29,811 nt of DNA from a virus (Duplodnaviria > Caudoviricetes), in the IMG/VR virus record IMGVR_UViG_3300049436_000085, positions 1 through 29,811 of that record. One strand, written 5' to 3'. Below, in pieces: positions 25,097 to 29,811 of the stretch; the first letter of the stretch is position 1; each line of letters starts with the position of its first letter. A program made the translations under genes and the position numbers. Under the pieces are notes generated by a model. The model searched no databases. It saw only the letters and a program-made list of their open reading frames with translations, and was not told where the DNA came from.

Positions 25097-26566
25097 TGCG
25101 GAGTGAGGCGAATTTCCTAAACCGCAGGTCGTGGGTTCGAATCCCGCCGGCCGCGCTTCGAGAATCTTAGAGCTTTTCACGGTTTGGCCCCGAGAATCCG
25201 CGAGTTTCAGGGTTCCGCCCGAGCGTCCATCCGGGGCCACCGAAGTCCCCTCGGGACGACTAGTTTCCGCCGAGCTGGACGCCGAGACAGCATCGGCCGC
25301 TCTGCCGTGCGTGCCCGTGGCCCGCAACTCCGCCGACTCCGGTCCGGGCAGCCGCGGCAACTTCGCCAGCGCCGCCGTCTCGTCAGCCTTGAAAGCGTGG
25401 GTGTAGCGGTCGAGCGTCAGCGTGATGGTCGAGTGCCGCAAGATCCGCTGAATCAGCTTCGGGTGAACCCCCGCCGCAGCCAGCCACGAGCCGCAGGTGT
25501 GCCGCAGGGCGTGGAGGTCGGCAAACTGCCCGTCCTGCTGGTAGGGGATGCCCGCGGCCTCCAGATCGGCCTTGAGCATGTCGATCAGCGTGTCCGGGTG
25601 GGGCAACTTGAAGAACTTGGCCGCGGGGGTCAGCTTGGCCCCGTGGGCCGCCACCAAGGCCGCCGTCTCCGGCCTCAGGGGGAGCGTGTCCGACCGCCCG
25701 TTCTTCGCGTACGCGGCCGTCACGGTCACGGTGGGGGCTTCCCCAAGGTCAAAGCTGGCCCGTGTCAGGCTGCACATCTCCCGCCGCCTCAGTCCGCTCT
25801 CGATGGCCAGTCGATAAAACAGGGATCGGGTCGGGCCCGGCACTCCGAACCGATCTGGGCCGGTCTCGGTCGTGTTCAGCAGCTTCTGGGCTTCTTCCAC
25901 GGTCAGGGCACGCCGGTCGTGCCGTCGGTCGGTCCGCACGTTTAGGCCGCCCAGGTGGGCTACGGGGTTCTCATGGGCGCGGCGTTCGCGGATCATCCAG
26001 CCGAAGAACTGCTTGAGGGCGGCGATGTGGAAGTTGTTGGTCTGGGCCCCGATGCCCCGCTTGGTGACTTCTTCCTTGTCGTTCTTCTTGTCCTTCCGGA
26101 GGGTCTCCAGGAACGTCAGGACTTTGGCTCCACGGACATCGCCCAGGTGCTTGAAGCCGCACCCCTCGATGATGCGCCGGGCCCGACCCGTGACGAGCTT
26201 GGCGTGCTTGGTTGTCCCGCCCTTCGCCTTTAGCGCGGCCTCGAAATCGTCCAGATGGTCGGCCAGGGGCTTGGCGACGGCGTCACGCTCGGCGCTGAGC
26301 AGTCCGTGCTTGATAAGCCGCCGCCGAATACTCGGGGACAGGTCGGCAACCCATTGCCGCAGGCCGGGGTCGATCTGTCCGTGTGTCGCGGCGTGGTAGC
26401 TGGCCAGCCGGACCAGATTGCGGCCGAGTTCATCGGTCGCGTTCTTGCTCACATACGCCGCGAACCTCTTGGGCTTCCCCCGCTGGTCGGGAAACTCCAC
26501 GTACCACTTGGAGGTCTCGCGGGTCACTCCGTTCCGGTCTGTGAACGTGGCTTTAAAGATCCGCAT
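24995..26566 (-). CDS. int: Tyrosine integrase
   Basis: SGLRRREM (R), AKNGR (K), HALRHT (HxxR), LRHS.I..T.DRY (H, Y); the tail reads through the att core. Confidence 0.95.
   Translation of the reverse strand: MRIFKATFTDRNGVTRETSKWYVEFPDQRGKPKRFAAYVSKNATDELGRNLVRLASYHAATHGQIDPGLRQWVADLSPSIRRRLIKHGLLSAERDAVAKPLADHLDDFEAALKAKGGTTKHAKLVTGRARRIIEGCGFKHLGDVRGAKVLTFLETLRKDKKNDKEEVTKRGIGAQTNNFHIAALKQFFGWMIRERRAHENPVAHLGGLNVRTDRRHDRRALTVEEAQKLLNTTETGPDRFGVPGPTRSLFYRLAIESGLRRREMCSLTRASFDLGEAPTVTVTAAYAKNGRSDTLPLRPETAALVAAHGAKLTPAAKFFKLPHPDTLIDMLKADLEAAGIPYQQDGQFADLHALRHTCGSWLAAAGVHPKLIQRILRHSTITLTLDRYTHAFKADETAALAKLPRLPGPESAELRATGTHGRAADAVSASSSAETSRPEGTSVAPDGRSGGTLKLADSRGQTVKSSKILEARPAGFEPTTCGLGNSPHSANDSGLSPERLWKSPARIRNGSGLTLDWIRSGFA
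25113..25155 (+). other. att core: 3' half of tRNA-Arg(CCT)
   Basis: TTTCCTAA-ACCGC-AGGTC-GTGGG-TTCGAAT-CCCGC-CGGCCGC-G; no D arm or 5' acceptor strand upstream. Confidence 0.85.
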
Positions 26567-26569
26567 GGA

Positions 26570-26797
26570 TCAGTTCCCCTTGGCCTTGGTCCCGCGCTTG
26601 CCGCCGCCCTTGACGGGCCGCAGTGCTAGACCGAGATAGGCCGCCAGAATGTCCAGATTCTCCGACCGCAAGCCTGCACCGTTCATCACGAATCGGGATA
26701 GGACCGACGTGTTGATGCCGGTCGCTTTGCTCACGGCGTACATGCTCTCTCCGCTGGCTTTCAGAGCCTTTCGCAGTTGCTCGCTCACCGTGGGCAT
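26570..26797 (-). CDS. XRE-family HTH regulator (75 aa)
   Basis: SEQLRKAL..SGESMYAVSKATGINTSVLSRF. Confidence 0.85.
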   Translation of the reverse strand: MPTVSEQLRKALKASGESMYAVSKATGINTSVLSRFVMNGAGLRSENLDILAAYLGLALRPVKGGGKRGTKAKGN

Positions 26798-26803
26798 ACT
26801 CAG

Positions 26804-26831
26804 AGTATACCCCACCTCTGCACTAATGCAA
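26804..26831 (-). promoter_or_regulatory. Promoter of xre-int, probably leaderless, with operator
   Basis: TTGCAT-16-TATACT ending 6 nt before the ATG; TGCA-CTAA-TGCA palindrome overlaps the -35. Confidence 0.65.
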
Positions 26832-27995
26832 CTAGTCACCGCCGATCCAGCGGTATCGGCTCGCTTTCCTCGGGTTGTGCGCCTGCCCACCGCGCTCGAC
26901 GACTTGGAGCAGCCCGTCGGTGGTGAGCAGATACAACCAACGCCACGCCGTGGTGTGGTCTACGTCGAGCAACCGGCCCGCGGTCCGCGTGCCCAGGAAG
27001 AACGGCCGGTTTCCCGACGCCCGCTGCAACTCACGGCAAACGCAGGCCAGCAGTCGCACAGGCCCTTGGTCGTACCCGCGTGTCCCTGACGGCGGTTCGG
27101 CGGCCTTTGCCCGCTCAAGGATGCTGTTCATCGGTTCACTTCCCTTCGGCAGAATGACGTTCTTCCACCCCCGTGAAAAGTCAATCCACGTCTCTTCGAA
27201 CGCCTTGGTCGCTATGTTCGACAGGGCACGCCGATGCCACTCACGGACTATGGGCCGCAACGCCGACGCCGGCGCATCCGCCAGCGCCGCAATAGCCTTG
27301 AGAGCGCGGCAAAGCTCAAAAACGCATCGCCAGCGGGTGTGGAGTCGTGGCGGTAGTGTCGATTCGATGGCGGCGGCGACTGCGGGGGTGCGCAATACAT
27401 CCCCCTCTATTTCCTCGGTTATCTCTGGAGTCTGTGTAGTCTCTGAAGTCTCTGTGCTCTCTGTGTTCTCTGCGTTCTCTGTTGCAGAGATCAGCAACGC
27501 ATAGTCGGCGTCGCTCAAGGCCGGCAGGTCGCCATCCGGCAGGGGCACGACGTAGCGATAGACGAGGTTCGACGGGTGCAGGGACGGCGGGAGCAGGCTG
27601 TAGCCGCCCCCGCCGCGGACCTCGCCGCCGATGGTGTCACGCAATCGCTCGCCCAACCGCCGGAAGTACACGTGGTAGCCGCGGGCGGTCCGGACAGTGG
27701 GGAGGGTCCGAGCCAGATCCGGCGCGGCCGACTTCCACCGGACGTAGACAGTCTCATCGTCAAAGTCGCGGCACACCGTCCCGCCGCTTACATCGCCCAG
27801 GACGAGCGCCAGCCCCGTCACCCCTCGCGGACCCCTTGGCCCGAACCAACGCCGCAGCGTGTCAGCATCCGGCCGTGTGCGCTGATACTGCCCCCATCGG
27901 CAGGCTGCTTTCTTTCCACGGGTCGGAATGACGGACCACCCGTGCGTGTCGAGCAACCGCAGGGCTTCATCGCGGAGCTGGGGGAGGGCGCTCAT
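26832..27995 (-). CDS. Bifunctional DNA primase/polymerase (Prim-Pol) with C-terminal helical/wHTH region
   Basis: GWSVIP..GKK, G..SG..C.DFD, TVRTARGYHVYF, EVRGGGGY...PPSLHPS...Y; ATG 27995 coupled to the upstream gene; no helicase motif. Confidence 0.88.
   Translation of the reverse strand: MSALPQLRDEALRLLDTHGWSVIPTRGKKAACRWGQYQRTRPDADTLRRWFGPRGPRGVTGLALVLGDVSGGTVCRDFDDETVYVRWKSAAPDLARTLPTVRTARGYHVYFRRLGERLRDTIGGEVRGGGGYSLLPPSLHPSNLVYRYVVPLPDGDLPALSDADYALLISATENAENTESTETSETTQTPEITEEIEGDVLRTPAVAAAIESTLPPRLHTRWRCVFELCRALKAIAALADAPASALRPIVREWHRRALSNIATKAFEETWIDFSRGWKNVILPKGSEPMNSILERAKAAEPPSGTRGYDQGPVRLLACVCRELQRASGNRPFFLGTRTAGRLLDVDHTTAWRWLYLLTTDGLLQVVERGGQAHNPRKASRYRWIGGD
27422..27490. repeat. 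Seven tandem 9-bp TCTCTGnnn repeats inside primpol
   Basis: Units at 27422, 27431, 27440, 27449, 27458, 27467 and 27476, then inverted CAGAGA. Confidence 0.85.
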
Positions 27996-28444
27996 GGCGT
28001 CGGCTCCGGCAGTTGGATGACACGGACATCCGGTGCCGCCCGGACCATCTCCACCGGCACAAGCCGAATCAGAGACCGATGACCATCTCCGGCGCGTCGC
28101 TCGGGCCACTCGTGCCCGAAAACCAGGCCGCGGAGGGTCGCAGTCTTTACGACCATGGCTTCCTGCCCCACGACGATGGCCCAAAACGTGGCCGGACTGT
28201 TGACGATGCCGGAACCCTGTCCGCTGTACTGAATCTCGATGGCGACGTTTCCCGTCTCCGCGGCGCGTAGGTCGTGCTTGACCTCGGCAGTCGTTTGGAG
28301 GAGCAGGTCGTAGCTCGCCTGTCCGAGCGCCTTGAACGGTTCGTATCCGCGAGCGCGAAACCACTGTGCTACGGCCAACTCGGCATGGTCGCCCTCGGCC
28401 TTGGCGATGACCCATTGGGGAGAGTCTGGTCGATTCTCAGCCAC
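27992..28444 (-). CDS. PD-(D/E)XK-fold protein of phage type
   Basis: G..AE, YDL...EVKHD..A.ETGNVAIE...SGI...A.FW. Confidence 0.7.
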   Translation of the reverse strand: MAENRPDSPQWVIAKAEGDHAELAVAQWFRARGYEPFKALGQASYDLLLQTTAEVKHDLRAAETGNVAIEIQYSGQGSGIVNSPATFWAIVVGQEAMVVKTATLRGLVFGHEWPERRAGDGHRSLIRLVPVEMVRAAPDVRVIQLPEPTP

Positions 28445-28712
28445 GGCGCACCTCCCGATCAGTGGCCTTCAGACGGTCCCAGGTCTCGCGGTCCGGACAC
28501 CCGGCGGCCAGCCACGCCCGCAGCTCTGCGATAATCCACCGCGGAGCACGACTGCCCAGACGCACCGGGGCGGGCACGCGGCCCATCGAGTGCAACTTGA
28601 AGAACTGCGCCCGGCTAATGCCGCAGATGTGGGCCGAGTCCTTCGCGTTCGCCGCCTGCTGTTCGGGCGAACGACCGTCCATCCGATCCGGTCTTCCGTA
28701 GACCATGTCCAT
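28437..28712 (-). CDS. alpA: AlpA-family regulator/excisionase
   Basis: A.ICGISRAQFFKL...GRVPAPVRLG....RW...EL.AWL.AGCP.R..W. Confidence 0.88.
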   Translation of the reverse strand: MDMVYGRPDRMDGRSPEQQAANAKDSAHICGISRAQFFKLHSMGRVPAPVRLGSRAPRWIIAELRAWLAAGCPDRETWDRLKATDREVRRG

Positions 28713-28867
28713 GCAACGTCCTTCACGGGCAAGCCGTGTGAGTTCCGCCGTCGCGGAGGTCCAAGTTGTTGGATGATCCGTTGTGGATACTCGGCGAGAG
28801 TTGCCGAGCGGCCGGGTGGGGGCTACCTTGCCCGCCTATCGAGGAGTTCGGCCCATCCGTGCTCCGA

Positions 28868-28896
28868 GCCCCGCCACTGGCATGGCGGGGTTTTTT
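28868..28896 (+). terminator. Intrinsic terminator-like hairpin
   Basis: CCCCGCCA-CTGGCA-TGGCGGGG followed by TTTTTT. Confidence 0.7.
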
Positions 28897-29342
28897 CTGC
28901 GCGTCCGCAGATCTCGGGGAGAATATCGGGATCCATGAAATCGACAACCGCAAGTCGGTCCAAAACCGGGGTAATGGCTGACGAGAACGTGTCGGTTGTG
29001 CGCAAATCGCTGCTGTAGCGTTGGTTACAAAGCGTATTTTTCCTTGCAAATCGCGCCCGGCGCTCTCGGCGGCCATCTAGTGACGGGTGCGACTCAGGCG
29101 ACAGTTTGTCCACAACAGCCGACATCTCGGAGCGTTCGGCTCGCTCAAAAACACGCGTTTCGAAGCTCACCAATGTGCAAACGTGAGGAACGAACACGCG
29201 GACACCGATCGTCAGGAACTTGCCCCGACAGGCGGAATCTCTGGAGTTCGCGGCGAGGTGTTCGGGGACTATGTCGATGCATCGCAGTGACATGCACCCA
29301 TGATGCTGTCGAGACGGCCCGCGTCGAGCGCACAGTCCGCAT

Positions 29343-29380
29343 TGTCACGCTCTGTCACGGCTGTCACGGCTGGTCACGGC
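29343..29380. repeat. Four tandem GTCACG repeats
   Basis: TGTCACGCTC TGTCACGGC TGTCACGGC TGGTCACGGC, next to the stop of the flanking gene. Confidence 0.8.
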
Positions 29381-29382
29381 CC

Positions 29383-29811
29383 TCAGGCGAAATCTTCCGG
29401 CCATTGTGCGCGAACCTCGCGCTCGAAGTACCGCGTTTCGTTGAATACCTGAACCGACTGGATTCTCCCGCGACGTTTGGCCTGTCGGAGACGGTCAGCG
29501 GGGATGCCGTACTTGTCGCGGAAGTGCTCAGCCGGATACGCGCCTTCTGACGAGAACATCCGATCTATCACATCCAACACATAGGCGTGGACGATGTTGC
29601 TGATGTAGCTCGCGTCCTCACCGAGGTGACGACCCACCCAGCAAGCCGCATGGATGTTGTTCCGCAACTCCATGAATGCCTCGGTCTGTTCGAGCAGTGA
29701 GATACTTTTCCCCCACTTCACATCCGGGTACTTTCGTGCGAGTTCCTCGAAGCGTTGTCGTATCTCCAACTCCCTCCGTTTTTCGGCGAAGGCGAGGCCA
29801 TCCCGTACCTT
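29383..29811 (-). CDS. Protein with C-terminal Xis/MerR-like winged helix, probably 5'-partial
   Basis: Frame open to the window edge; YGIPADRLRQAKRRGRI......TRY...EV...WP. Confidence 0.65.
   Translation of the reverse strand, partial: KVRDGLAFAEKRRELEIRQRFEELARKYPDVKWGKSISLLEQTEAFMELRNNIHAACWVGRHLGEDASYISNIVHAYVLDVIDRMFSSEGAYPAEHFRDKYGIPADRLRQAKRRGRIQSVQVFNETRYFEREVRAQWPEDFA

Larger units (their letters stand above)
1..25155. mobile_element. Defective temperate T7-like (Autographiviridae-like) prophage; left end outside window
   Basis: Portal-scaffold-tail tube-internal proteins-TerS-TerL in T7 order, repressor/cro switch, T7-type RNAP remnant; bounded on the right by a tRNA 3'-half att core. 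Confidence 0.85.
25113..29811. mobile_element. Integrative satellite-like island; right end outside window
   Basis: int - XRE - primpol - nuclease - alpA cluster abutting the tRNA att core. Confidence 0.8.

Noticed and set aside
25090-25160. Complete tRNA-Arg gene
   Set aside because: No D arm or 5' acceptor strand; only the 3' half is present.
27422-27490. CRISPR-like array
   Set aside because: 9-bp tandem units without spacers, inside a CDS.

Overview
High-GC bacterial DNA with two integrated mobile elements in tandem, meeting at a tRNA-Arg(CCT) 3'-half att core (25113-25155). The host is not determinable; a Planctomycetota-like host is only a guess. Element 1 (<1-25155) is a temperate podovirus-type prophage. 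It has a T7/Autographiviridae-like virion and packaging module (portal, scaffold, internal virion proteins, TerS, TerL), a lambdoid-style switch (XRE/S24 repressor divergent from an RHH Cro-position gene), tRNA-fMet, a Cas4/RecB-like nuclease, DUF932 and a short clamp-loader-like ATPase. It has lost DNA at three or more visible junctions: Sak4 fused to a J-domain protein, a helicase N-half joined to the last 32 codons of a T7-type RNA polymerase, and an N-truncated tail tube B with no major capsid gene. Opposite-strand cargo includes a RelE/HigB-like toxin - XRE antitoxin - DUF3467-like gene - degenerate tRNA-Leu cassette and a Sel1-repeat protein. Element 2 (25113->29811) is a satellite-like island: tyrosine integrase, XRE regulator, primase-polymerase with internal 9-bp repeats, PD-(D/E)XK protein and AlpA. 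All family calls come from motif recognition by eye; no searches were run.
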